This document shows positions 26,204-39,700 of a stretch of DNA of 64,000 nt, piece after piece. The stretch comes from Octopus sinensis. Its lineage: Eukaryota. Within the stretch, counting starts at the first letter, position 1. Each line of letters opens with the position of its first letter. Made by a program: the position numbers and the translations under genes. Location: NCBI RefSeq assembly GCF_006345805.1, contig NC_043000.1:24180001-24244000 (forward strand), given 5' to 3'. Below the pieces are notes generated by a model that made no database searches, had not been told where the DNA came from, and saw only the letters and a list, made by a program, of their open reading frames with translations.

Positions 26204-29200
26204 ATATATAATATAATATAAATAATATATAAATATATGCATATATACATACATATATTTACATATCTACATATGTATATATACATGTATATATGGGTAC
26301 AGGACATTAAAAAAAATGTTGAACACAATGAGAAATGAAAACATAAGAACAAAAACATAGAAAACGAAAAAAAGAAACAGAAAAACGAGACATGCAACAT
26401 AAAGAATATTCCCCTTCTTCAGTTGTCCCTGTTTCATCTATACCATGTTTTGAAGGTAAAGACAATACGTGACTTCATTGAAACAGTCCTTCCCACAAAG
26501 CAAAGTAAATACAATTTGGTAACAAGAACAGGGCTGTAAAAACAGATGGTGAGGGCTGTTAAGCCAAGACGATAGAAAAATTATATATATATATATATAT
26601 TTCAGGTTCCGCCTATCAAATCCACTCAAAAGACTTTGGTCAGCCTGAAGATGTAGTAGAAGACACTTGCCCAAGGTGCCATGCAGTGGGGCTGAATCTG
26701 GAACCATGTGGTTGGGAAGCAAACTTCTTAACCACACAGTCATGTGTGTGTGTTTAACGTCCACTTTTCTATGCTTGCATGGGTCAGACAGTTTATTGAA
26801 ACAAATTTTCTTACAGTCGTATGACCTTCCTGTTGCCACACCTTACTGGTTTCCATGCAAGGCAATATTTCCCCGTGGCCAGTTTTCGTAGAATATTGGA
26901 AATATATGACATTCATTTACAACAATCAAAAGATGTCAAAACAAGGAAAAACCAACACACACACACACCATAAGCAGTTGTCTGAAAATGTCATCACAGT
27001 ATTATCTACCGATGAGACATGATGTTGTAGCTAGGACACTCAATAATAAAATCCATAGGAAGGATAACCCCAAGGACAAAGAAATAAGAACCCACAATAT
27101 GGTAGAAGCCATAGCCACTCATAATAAGAAGGAGTGCTGGTGGAATGTTCCAGTGAAGACCTCAGTAAAATCTAAGCACAACAGACCTGATATAATGATT
27201 TGGGACGGAGAAGAGAAACTGTGCACAGTTGTGGAAATTAGCTGCCCAGTGAATGTTAACATGAAGCTGAAGATCAATGTAAAAAAGAATACCTATCCCA
27301 AACTATTGAAAAATCTGTAGTTTCTCTATCCAGGTTACAAGTTCATGTTTATAGCTGTAATTGGGTCCCTGGGATATGTAACACACTGCCTAAATCTTGA
27401 GAAATTAGGCTTCTCAAAACCAGAAAGGATAAAGCTAATTCAAAGACTGCAGATTCAATCCATCACTGGAACTGTAAAAATCGTAAAACTTTCTAGAAGT
27501 TCATCATTTAAGTATATATGAGCATGTCTAGATATGCAACTATATGTATGAGAATACATATATAAAACAAAACATACAAATCTGCATATATGCACACATG
27601 CAAACAAACATACCCTCTTGTTGATGCTGAAATTCTAATGAAGGAGCCTTGGATCTAGGTTACAAACCGGTTCTTTCACTATTGGCAAGAAATCTTGAAA
27701 TAAAACTGAACAATGACATACATACAAATGCACACGCATGCGTGCATGGTGGAAATCAGTTCATGGCTGAATGAGGCAGGAACTTAAAGCTCAGTCTCTG
27801 CAAACATTCTGAGATTCCAAGAAGTTGCATGAATTTGTAGATTAAGTGTTGCACAGTATTGAACACATTTTCTTTGTGATCAGCTATAAACCAGTGGCAC
27901 AGCAGAAGTTGAGAAGACCAGAAATTCATTTAAAAAAATTTTTATACATACATGCCTGCTTACACATGCGTACATACAATGGGCTTCAGTTTCTGCCTAC
28001 CAAATCTACTGAGACAGCTTTGGTCAGTCCAGGGCTATAGTAGTAGACCCTTGTCCAAGGTGTCTCGCTGTAGGGTTGGACTTGAATCCATGTGGTTGGA
28101 AAGCTAAGTTCTCAGCCTTGTCTGCATGCATGGACATGCACACTTAGCATGTGCTTATGTGTCCGCATCTCCTTGTCTTTACATCACTCTATAGTTGTAA
28201 ACTAATGTCACCGTTATACAAGTAGTGTCATTTGTTTCCAGCCTTTGTTGAAAACCTGTTCAATCACGGGAAATATTACTTTGCTCAGAAATGGCTGATG
28301 TTTGGCAACAAAAAGAGCATCAGGCCATAGAAAATCTTCCTCATCAAATTTCGTCCAACCCATGCAAACATGGAAAAGTGGATTTTAAAACAATCATAAG
28401 GATTGTTAAATGCTTTGATGAACAATTGTTCCAAAGACCACTGAAGCTTATCATAATTGCAAGTTTAGTTTTTTTTTTCTAGCTTACTAAAACAATGCAC
28501 AAAACTTAATATTTGGGTCACCAGACTAACAGAAATATAATGTTTGTGTATTTTTGAAAACTTATTCTGATATTGAAAAAAAGCTAAGCTAAAAATAAAC
28601 CTTGACCATATGTTGTTTCCTAATTAGTCTCAGGAGAGATTCTGACACTAAATGTCTGAGATATGTTAAGTTTTGCTCATCTCAATTGTTGCTAAGGTCA
28701 ACTTTGCTTTTCATTTTGTCTGGGATTGTATTCGTCAAAACAATCATATGTTGTTTCTCTTATACAATCGATTTTTAAACAATTTTTTGTTTCTAGATCT
28801 AAAACAAACAACAAGCAGACACTCTATATGTACAAACATCACCATCATTTAACGTCTGTTTTCCATGCTGGCATGGGTTGGACGGTTTGACAGGAGCTGG
28901 CAAGCTGGGGAGTTGCACCAGGTTCCAATCTGATTTGGTGTGGTTTCTACAGCTGGATGTCCTTCCTAATGCCAACCACTCCAAGAGTATAGCAAGTGAT
29001 TTCTATGTGCTGCCAGCACAGGTGCCAGTTACAAATCACTGGCATTGGCCACAGCTGTGATCTTACTTGGCATGGCAGATCTCAACCATGGTAAATTGCT
29101 ATAGGTCTCGGTCATTTGTCACTATCTCCGTGAGGCCTAAAGTTTGAAGGGTGCTTTTTATGTGCATGCCTCACTATCATCATCATCGTTTTAATGCCTA

Positions 29201-32200
29201 CTTTTCCATGCTTGCATGGATCAGGCAAGAGTATCTTGAGGCAATTTTTCTATGACTGGATGCCCTTTCTGTTGCCAACCCCACATATCTCCAAGTGAGA
29301 TAATAATCTTTCAGTTTGTTGAAAGCTAACAACCTGGACATATTTTTTGCAGGAAACTGGAAACAAACAAAGCTTTTTAACCCTTTAGCATGTAAACCGG
29401 CCATATCCGACCAGAAGTATTCTACCTGTTTTATGTTCAAACTGGCCAGATCTGGTCTCTCACACCAGCCCTACAATATCGTTTTAAAAATTAACAGCTA
29501 CCTCATCACGATCTCATAGCTACAAGATAATGCATGATTAGTTCAAAGCAATGTGAATAAAAAAGGATTAATTTTGGCAGAATAATGCAAACACTAAAGG
29601 GTTAAGGATACTTTTGTTTACAAAGATCGCGCAACATGTTAAAGACCTGTGAGGACGCTTGGATATCCTTTGATACCAACAGGAGACCATCGTTTACAAA
29701 CCAGTGAACATGAGGGAAACACACACGATGGGTTTTCTAAGTTTCTGTCAACCTAATCCAGTTACAAGGTTTTGGTCGGCCTGGATCTAAGACACTTGCC
29801 CAGTGTGTTGTGTGGGGCTGAATCCAAAACTACACAGCTGGGAACTTTTTAACCGTATAGCCGTGTATATGAATATTTGTAAAATAGGACAAATTTTATT
29901 GCTGTGCTTAATTCTTATTTCTTTATATTTCTTTATTGCCCACAAGGGGCTAAACACGGAGAGGTCAAACAAGGACAGACAAACGGATTAAGTCGATTAC
30001 ATCGACCCCAGTGCGTAACTGGTACTTAATTTATCGACCCTGAAAGGATGAAAGGCAAAGTCGACTTTGGCAGACTTTGAATTCGGAACGTAATGACAGA
30101 CGAAATACCTATTTCTTTACTACCCACAAGGGGCTAAACACAGAGAGGACAAACGAATTAAGTTGATTATATCAACCCCAGTGCATAACTGGTACTTAAT
30201 TTATTGACCCCGAAAGGATGAAAAGCAAAGTCGATCTCGACGGAATTTGTACTCAGAACATAGCGGCAGACGAAATACCGCTAAGCATTTCATCCGGCGT
30301 CCTAACGTTTCTGCCAGCTTGCCACCTTGCTGTGCTAAATTCTATTAACTAAATTCTGGGTCATGTAACTGCTTAATTTATGTAATGGAAAGTTTGTTGA
30401 AATAGAAATGATAATAAGAAAAGACAAAAGGAAGAACTCATAAAAGAAATTCACAGCAACTATCTTATCAAAAAAAAAAATTAAAATCAACAACTAGAAA
30501 CAAAAGACTAAAAAAAAACCTGATGCTATTTTGTATTTGGCATGTGAAGTGAAGTAGAGATAAATTAATGATGAGTCATATCTATGCCTCAGTTAATATT
30601 AATTACTTCTAGGTACAAGGGCATGTTTCTTTTTTCTTTTGGTTGTCATGTCTATGTTATCACTTGTTCTGTTTTACTTACAAAAGGAAAATACAGTCAA
30701 CCTGTCATAATCCATCATGGTCATTATCATTTTCACATCTGTTGGTCTAACTCCTGCTTTAACGTTTCATCCAAGGAGCTGAAATCCTGTTATTCAAACT
30801 CTTTATTTGTCTTCGTTTTTGGCATGTACTCTTCCATGGCTATCTTCCACTGTTTTCACTCAGTTCAATGCCATCCATTATTACATTCATACCTATTTCT
30901 TTACTACCCTCAAGGTGCTAAACACAGAGGGGACGAACAAGGACAGACTAACAGATTAAGTCGATTATATCGACCCCAGTGCGTAACTTGTACTTAATTT
31001 ATTGACCCCGAAAGGATGAAAGGCAAAGTCGACCTCAGCGGGATTTGAACTCAGAACGTAATGGCAAACGAAATACCGCTAAGCATTTCACCCGCTGTGC
31101 TAACGTTTCTGCCAGCTCACCGCCTTATCCATTATTACATTCATACCATCACAATCAGGACTGGATTTAAACCAAGTTTGGTGGGCCCCTTATACACAAG
31201 AATTAAAATGTTAGAAAATTACTAAATTTAAATCTCAAAACCCAGCTATTTCAAGTAATGGAATTTGATGAGTTAGCAGAGAAAGTTTAAATAAATGACT
31301 GAAAATGTTGCTTTATAGATACATTTTTTCAAAATTCAAATTTCATTTTTCACACATCTACTTGCGGTGTATGACTTTTCCTTCATTGTGAAAAGTACAA
31401 TGAAGGAGGGAAGAGTGGGGTAAGATTTTTTTTTTTTCTTTTAATGAGAGTTACATAAGTTTCAGAATGTAGAATAAGATAAAATGACAGAAAGTTACAA
31501 AAAAGAAAAAAAATCATTTTTATGGTTGTTGCTGTTCCAAAGACATGATGAGTGTGCGTGTGTGTGTGCATGCATGTGTGTGAGAGAGAGAGAGGGGTAG
31601 AGATACCAACATTTACAAGACATGGATTTTAAAAATTCTTTCTTTTAAAACAGTGTCCCTTCATTGTTTTGCAATGCATGAAATAATAACAAAAAAATGA
31701 GGGGCACCCCTGACAAAAATGGGGAAATTCAAACACCTATTTCCAAAAGTCTGCTTTTCCAGTTTCCAGTAAGAGTTGGTTGAACACAATGAGTAATATT
31801 TTCTGCATTTTTGACTTTGAAGAAAAAATATTTTTTTAATAATGTCCACTACCTTGCCAAAACTATATCAGTAAAGTAAAGATCTTCTCTAAATGCAGTA
31901 AAACCTATAATCTATTCAGAACACTATTTCAGAAAATTATCAATATTCTCTTTGAGCATATAAAATGTAAATTTAGGCGGGGCAAAATGGGTAAATCAAG
32001 ACAAGGTAAATCTGCCTTTCCAGTTCTCTAGAATTAAATTTGAAAAGAGTCGTACACAGAAACATCCATTCTTAGACATCAGAAATGCATCAAAATTTAA
32101 AATAATGGTGTTGTACTTGCGGAGCAAGTGACTGATCTGAGATTGTGTGCTGAAACAAAAACAATTGCAGCGTGGAAGGTGTTTGTAAGCCATTTAAAAA

Positions 32201-33690
32201 CACACTAAGTATATATTTATTAAAATAAGATAGTACTTTAGTGTTAATTTCTTTAGTGTTAATTTCTGGCGGTTGGTGCTGCTCTTCTAGGAATGTGTGG
32301 TAAGTAGCTTGCTTACCAACCATATGGCTCCGGGTTCAGTCCCACTGCGTGGCACCTTGGGCAAGTGTCTTCTACTATAGCCTTGGGCCGACCAGAGCTT
32401 GTGAGTGGATTTGGTAGATGGAAACTGAAAGAAGCCTGTCGTATATATGTGTGTGTATATATATATATATATATAATATATATTTTGTGAAATAGAAAGA
32501 TGAATAATCTTGTTGCAGATTAATCAAAAGTTTAACCGATACCTTGGTAGCAAAAATCACAGCAGAAGACAGCACAGTTGGAGGTACAACCATATGGTGT
32601 TGCAACCGTGCGTTGGTGCGGATAATTGAATTTTAATATTATTAGTGAATTGAAGAAATGGAGTTGAACGAATATTGAACAGAAATCGTTTTATTGCATT
32701 CTACACGCGTTTCGAAAGGCACAATTTACCAAATTCCGATTGAATAAGGAGACCATATTGTGTCTTTCTCTTCAGGAAGAAATAGGAAATCTGTTGGAAA
32801 AAACAAAAACAGAACAGAGGCGGAGCAAAACAAATCGAACGAGGCTCCTAAGAGCCCATGGCCAAACTGTTTATCAATGTATGTTGAAAACTGGTGGTGG
32901 GTGCGTTGAAGGTTTTAACGGGTCAGGCAGCGGTCATTCCGGTGGGTGGGATCACAGGGTGCTTAGATGTTCTTTGTGACCGAGACTAAAGTTCTGACTA
33001 TTTAAAGAATATTAGGTGTATTATATGGGGCGAGACAAAATCTACTTAGAAACATGTGTGTGTGTACTGTTCTATGTGTTCGTATGTGCGTTTGATCACG
33101 TGGCCATCAGTTGGTAAACAGCCCTACACAATGGTCACTGCTATAAAATCCGTCGGGTGGCAGAAAAAATTTTTTTATGTGTGCGTATGTTCGTCTAAGC
33201 CTGCCTTGTCAAAGAAACCCCCCGTCGTCAAGACAAAACCACCATTCGTCTCCCAGGAGTAATTCCCCTTGCTATGGTTAATCATATTTCTCATAAAAGT
33301 TATTCAGAATTTCTTTCCAAGGGCTATTTTCATATAAGTAGTGTAACCGGGTGTAACATCTAAGCACCCTGTGATCCCACCCACCGGAATGACCGCTGCC
33401 TGACCCGTTAAAACCTTCAACGCACCCACCACCAGTTTTCAACATACATTGATAAACAGTTTGGCCATGGGCTCTTAGGAGCCTCGTTCGATTTGTTTTG
33501 CTCCGCCTCTGTTCTGTTTTTGTTTTTTCCAACGGATTTCCTATTTCTTCCTGAAGAGAAAGACACAATATGGTCTCCTTATTCAATCGGAATTTGGTAA
33601 ATTGTGCCTTTCGAAACACGTGTAGAATGCAATAAAACGATTTCTGTTCAATATTCGTTCAACTCCATTTCTTCAATTCACTAATAATAT

Positions 33691-33725
<35 letters not shown>

Positions 33726-36700
33726 TTGTCCATCACCACTTGACAACTGGTGTGTTTATGTCCCTGTAACTTAGCGGTTTGCCAAAAGAGACCAATAGAA
33801 TAAGTACCAGGCTTAAAAAATAACTACTGGGGTTGATTTGTTTGACAAAAACATTCTAGGCGGTGCCCCAGCATGGCCACTGTATAGTGACTGAAACAAG
33901 AAAAAGATAAAAGATAGGAATAAAATTAAGGATGGCATGTGTATTAAGATAATGATGATCTTGTCAGCAGCAACCTGGAATTAGTGAGGATTGTGATTCT
34001 AAAACAGAAGTTGTTAATTTTTGATTCTTTGCAAGTTTGCCTAATTAAAATTATAATCAACCAACTGATTATATAAATAATATTGCATCTGAATCTATTT
34101 CATTTCAGGTTAGTCGTCCGTGCTGCTTCAACTGGGTGTAGACATCATTTTCGCAAGATGTCTAGCATTGTGGAAAAAGTTGGGAAACAACACCCACGTA
34201 TAGCTGTGTGCCAGTTGACATCGTCTGCGGATAAAGAAGAGAACTTTTCTGTTTGCAGATCACTTATTGAGAAGGCCAAATCTCAAGGAGTACAGGTAGG
34301 TGTATGAAAGCATTATGTAACTATTTGAATATAGACATTGTCCTAAAACCACAGTTGCTTTTCTTCCCTAATGGCTAAAGAACAAAGTATGTGCAGGCAT
34401 AGCTGTGTGGTTGAGAAGTTCACTTGGTAACTAGATGGTTTGGAGTTTAGTTGCTCAGTCCCATTGTGAGACACCTTAAGCAAGTGTCTTTTACTACAGC
34501 TCCAAACTGACTAATGCCTTGTGAGTGAATTTTGCTGATGGAGACTGTAAGAAGCTATTATCATCATCATCATTGTCATTGTTTAATGTCTGCTTTCCAT
34601 GCTAGCATGGGTTGGACAATTTGACTGAGGACTAGCAAGCCAGAAGGCTGCGCCAGGCTCCAGTCTGATCTGGCAAGGTTTCTACAGCTGGATGCCCTGC
34701 CTAATGCCAACCACTCCAAGAGTGTAGTGGGTGCTTTTTATGTGCCACTGGCACATACGTATGTATGTACATATGTATGTACGTACGTATGTACGTATGT
34801 ATGTATTTGCGTGTGTGTGTGTCTTTCCTTGTCTTGTGGTAATTGTAAATGAGTATCACTGTCATACAAGCAGTGTCATTCATTTCCAGTACACCATGAG
34901 AACGTCTAGCCTTGGGAAAATATTACCCATTTTGGAAACAGGTGAGTGTTGGCACCTGGAAGAGTACCTGTCTCAAATTCCTTCCAAGCTATGCAAGCAT
35001 GGAAAAAGTGCACATCGAATGATGATGATGATATGTAGATTAACAACTAGGTATGAACTTTAAAATACTGAACTTTCAGAATAACTGATGAAAGACAAAA
35101 TATTTAGCCTGCTAAAGCCTTCTAACTCGTTAACCCACATAAGTTTTGATTGATTGATTTAATATTTCTTGATATTTCAGATGGTATTTTTACCAGAATG
35201 TTTTGATTATATTGGAGAATCCATAAAGCAGTCTTTGGAACAATCTGAGAGTCTTGATGGTCATTTAGTATCTAAATACAAGGGTATTGCTAAAGAACTT
35301 CAAATATGGTTGTCATTGGGTGGATTTCATCAAAAAGTACGTATGTATTTGCTCATTATTTCTGTTTCCTTTTTTTAAATTAAAATTATACTTTTGTTAA
35401 AATGTTCATACCTGCTGTTAGTTTTCAGTATCATAGAATGCTCTTTGACTAAATTAGCTAATGTGTCTTTATAAAGGTGCCTTTATAATAGGATAAATAA
35501 ATAATAAATGCACCCTTTTAAAGCCTAGCCAGTCTCATGGGCGCAGTTTCCTGGTTTCTATGGCATATGTGTTCCCCAGCTGGACCGGACGCCAGTCCAT
35601 CGCAGCGTTACTCATTTTTGCCAGCTGAGTGGACTGGAGCAACGTGAAATGAAGTGTTTTGCTCAAGAACATAACGCGTCGCCTGGTCCAGGAATTGAAA
35701 CCACAATCTTACGATCATGGTACTATCACCCTAACCACTAAGCCACACACCGCCACTTATAATAGGATAGAAACTGTCAATTCTTTAAGTAAATAAGCCA
35801 GAACATTAACTGATCAGCTAGGTGTTTGAAATGTGATAAACTGTTATGAGATTTGAAATCAAAACCATAACATCAGTAATCTTGTTCCTACTGTACTGGT
35901 ATCACTAGATATTTAAATAGAATTTTGCATGAGTGGCTGTGGTAAGTAGCTTGCTTACGAACCACATGGTTCCGAGTTCAGTCCCACTGCATGGCACCCT
36001 GGGCAAGTGTCTTCTACTATAGCCTCAGGCCGACCAAAGCCTTGTGAGTGGATTTGGTAGATGGAAACTGATAGAAGCCCGTGGTATATATGTATGACTG
36101 TATATGTGTGTGTGTGTGTATGTTTGTGTGTCTGTGTTTGTCCCACCCCACAACATCGCTTGACAACCAATGCTGGTGTGTTTATGTCCGTGTAACTTAG
36201 TAGTTTGGCGAAAGACCAATAGGATAAGTAGTAGGCTTACTAAGAATAAGTCCTGACGTTGACTTGCTCGACTAGAGGTGATCATCCAGCATGGTCACAG
36301 TCAAATGACGGAAACAAGTAAAAGAGTAAACGGCTTCATTAAAGTAATCAATCTGTCATTGGGTTTTAGATTTTGTTAATTTCCTGAGAGTGAAAGAGAG
36401 AGAGACAGAATGAATGAATACATATATGCATACATTATGTATGCATGTATGTATGAATGAAAACATACTCCATGTACACAAGCATACATGCATGTGCAAA
36501 TGAAAATATGCATTATGGTATGTATGCATGCAGGTAGGCATTGCATGGATGGATTCTAAGTTGGAACTAAGTCACTCAGAACGGTTAGGACATTGGATGG
36601 AATGATTTGTATTCTGGTTCCTTGCATTCTATGTTCAAATGCTGAAGAGGTCAACTTTGCCTTTCATCCGATTAGGAGTCAGTAAGTGAAGTACCAGTCT

Positions 36701-39700
36701 AGGGTAGTGGAATGGTGGAATTCTTGAGGTAGGTGCCTTGCGGTACCTCTCTTGGTTCTGAGTTCAAATCCCATTATGGCCTGTGTGCTCTGTTTACCAC
36801 CATCACCTGGTCTTTGGGTGTCTTGAGCAGAGTTTCATCATCATCATCGTTGTTTAACATCCGCTTTCCATGCTGGCATGGGTTGGACGGTTTGACTGAA
36901 GGCTGCATCAGGATCCAATCCTATCTGGTAATAGTTTGCTCTATTGAAAGCACTATGCCTAAGTCTCTGGTTTGAGGATACCTTCTTCGTGGCCACCAGT
37001 TTTAAAGAACCAGTAATGGGTCATTTGTTCTCCCTGACTATGTGATAACAGTAATAATAATTATTTGCAGTCAGTCATAGCGACTACAACTGTTCATGGT
37101 TTTGGCATGACTTGATAAGCTTTCTTCATACTCTCTTTTACTTGTTTCAGTCATTTGACTGTGGCCATGCTGGAGCAAATCGACCCCAAGCCTTATTCTT
37201 TGTAAGCCTAGTACTTATTCTATCACTCTGTTTTGCTGAACCATTAAGTTACGGGGATGTAAACATACCAGCATCAGTTGTCAAGCAATGTTGCGGGGAC
37301 AAACACAGACACACAAACATATACACAAACACACACACATGTATATATACATATACACGATGGGCTTCTTTCAGTTTTCGTCTACCAAATCCACTCACAA
37401 GGCTTTAGTCGGCCCAAGGCTATAGTAGAAGACACTTGCCCAAGGTGCCACGCAGTGGAACTGAACCCGAAACCATGTGGTTGGTAAGCAAGCTACTTAC
37501 CACACAGCCAATTGTTTTCTTTTTACTTGAGTTTGCCATTTATTACAATCAGTTCCTTTCTATTTCATATTCCTTTTTGCTGTTTTGTAGAAACGAAGAC
37601 AAACTTGACATTATCAGATTTATCATTTTTACTTTCAGAACACGGACCAATTTGTGAAAAATACACATATTATTATCAACAGTGATGGCCATGTTGTTAC
37701 AACCTATGAAAAAATCCATATGTTTGATGCTGACATCAAAGGCTTGCGTCTACATGAGAGTGATTATACAACACCTGGCAAATGTATTAAACCCCCTGTA
37801 GTGACACCTGTTGGAAAAGTTGGCTTAGGGATTGTATCCTTTTGCTGTTGAAAGTATAATGATATCTGTCAGGCAGCTGCTGATGGGAATGTATGTTTTG
37901 TATGCTAGTGTTCCTTCACACTCATTAGGTTGAACATGTTTTTTGGTTCATGGTGATTGCATATATTGATAATGCTTGATTTGACTTCATGGATAATCTT
38001 ATTACACTTGGGTAATAATTAATGGTCTCTAGTTTTGAGAGGTTCTGTGATATATGTTGGGCAATATGTGTACTCATATAAACACACTCAGAAACAAATT
38101 ATTTCAGACCCCTTTGTGATATTTGCTCCACCCTGTACTTTTGTTCCACATGTCATTGTATACTGAACTGACAAACTGCATTTCTTGTGACTTGTATAGG
38201 ACATAAAGTATATTGCTATCCAAGCAGTGTTCACATATGCTTTCACACATGCACGTACCTGTGCATGCACATGCACACATGTAACAGACGCATGAATACA
38301 GCATGCATAGTGGTTTCTGGTTTAGTCCTACTGTGCAACACCTTGGGTCAGTGACTTCTACAATAGGTTTGGGCTGACGAACACTTTGTGAGTGGATTTG
38401 ATTTGTAGAAGCAGAAAGGTCCATCATACATGTAGATGTGTGCGCATATGTGTGTGTTAGTCATTTTGTTTTGACACTCTCTTTTACTTGTTTCAGTCAT
38501 TTGACTGTGTCCATGCTGGAGCACCGCCTTTAGTTGAGCAAATCGATCCCAGGACTTACTCTTTGTAATCCTAGTACTTATTCTGTCGGTCTCTTTTGCC
38601 GAACCGTTAAGTTACGGGGACGTAAACACACCAGCATCGGTTGTCAAACGATGTTGTAGGTACAAACACGGACACACAATGTTGGGGGACAAACATAGAC
38701 ATATAAACACACACACACATACATATATATACATATATACGACGGGCTTCTTTAAGTTTCCGTCTACCAAATCCAATCACAAGGCTTTGGTCGCTCCAAG
38801 GCCATAGAAGACGACACTTGCCCAAAGTGCCACACATTGGGACTGAACCTGGAACCATGTGGTTGGTAAGCAAGCTACTTACCGCACAGCCACTCCTACG
38901 CCTATACACTGTGCAATAGTTTTCAACATGTGTCTATGCCGTACAAATAGCATCATTTATAATCTTCCATTAAAAAGCTGAACTAAAAAAAACTATATTT
39001 AGCAAGGGAAAATACAAGAACTAATGTTTCGATTCTTTCAGCAAGTATGGGAGACAACTCTGGATATATATAGTGTAACCTTATTAGAACCTTGTGATAG
39101 CTTTCACTGTACTGGCCGAAGTAGTAATGAATCACTAGGTAAATACATAATAACAAATACTTGTTGCCTTAGAAGCAGTGTTGCTATGTGCTGAGTGGTT
39201 AGTGTGGTAGGTGGAGTAAATACAGTTATTCTAGCAGTGTTCAAATGTACACATGTACAAACCCACCTCACCTATACTAATCTCTCTATATATAAAGCTG
39301 AAGTTGTCTGTGTATGGCAGGTCTGGTAGCCTTCAACTAACACTATCTCCTCTGAGACCCTGCGGCGAAGTTGACCAAAATTGAGAGTATGATAGAAGAA
39401 GGCTTGCTCTTCCTTCCGTAGAAGAAAAAATTCAAATCGGATCATGTTAACACCAAAAATTATTTACATCAAAAAGATGCTTTTTTTCTATGAAAATCCC
39501 TATTTTTTACGATTTTTTAACTGCTGTGTCGCCATTTTTCGGTGTATTTCAACCAGAAATATGTTCACTTAAAGAGAATAACAAGCTACATAATGCAAAA
39601 TTTTTACTTTTCAAAAATTCCAATTTTAAAGGGTCGAAACAAACCTGAGCAACACCGGGCGATACTGCTAGCATAGATAAAAATAAAAATAATAAAATTC

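Larger units (their letters stand above)
32635..33691. mobile_element. Non-coding PLE-like miniature element: two ~337-bp inverted arms, each carrying an HHR, around a 383-bp spacer
   Basis: Arms 32635-32971 and 33355-33691 are reverse complements (2 differences found by eye); right end abuts (TA)n(TG)n; no recognisable coding sequence. Confidence 0.85.

Noticed and set aside
26405-26425. Minus-strand CUGAAGA-AGGGG
   Set aside because: No partner stem II arm or GAAA downstream.
31700-32210. Short protein-like frames in unique intron-1 sequence (nested gene or transposase relic)
   Set aside because: Multiple stops and no motif I can recognise.
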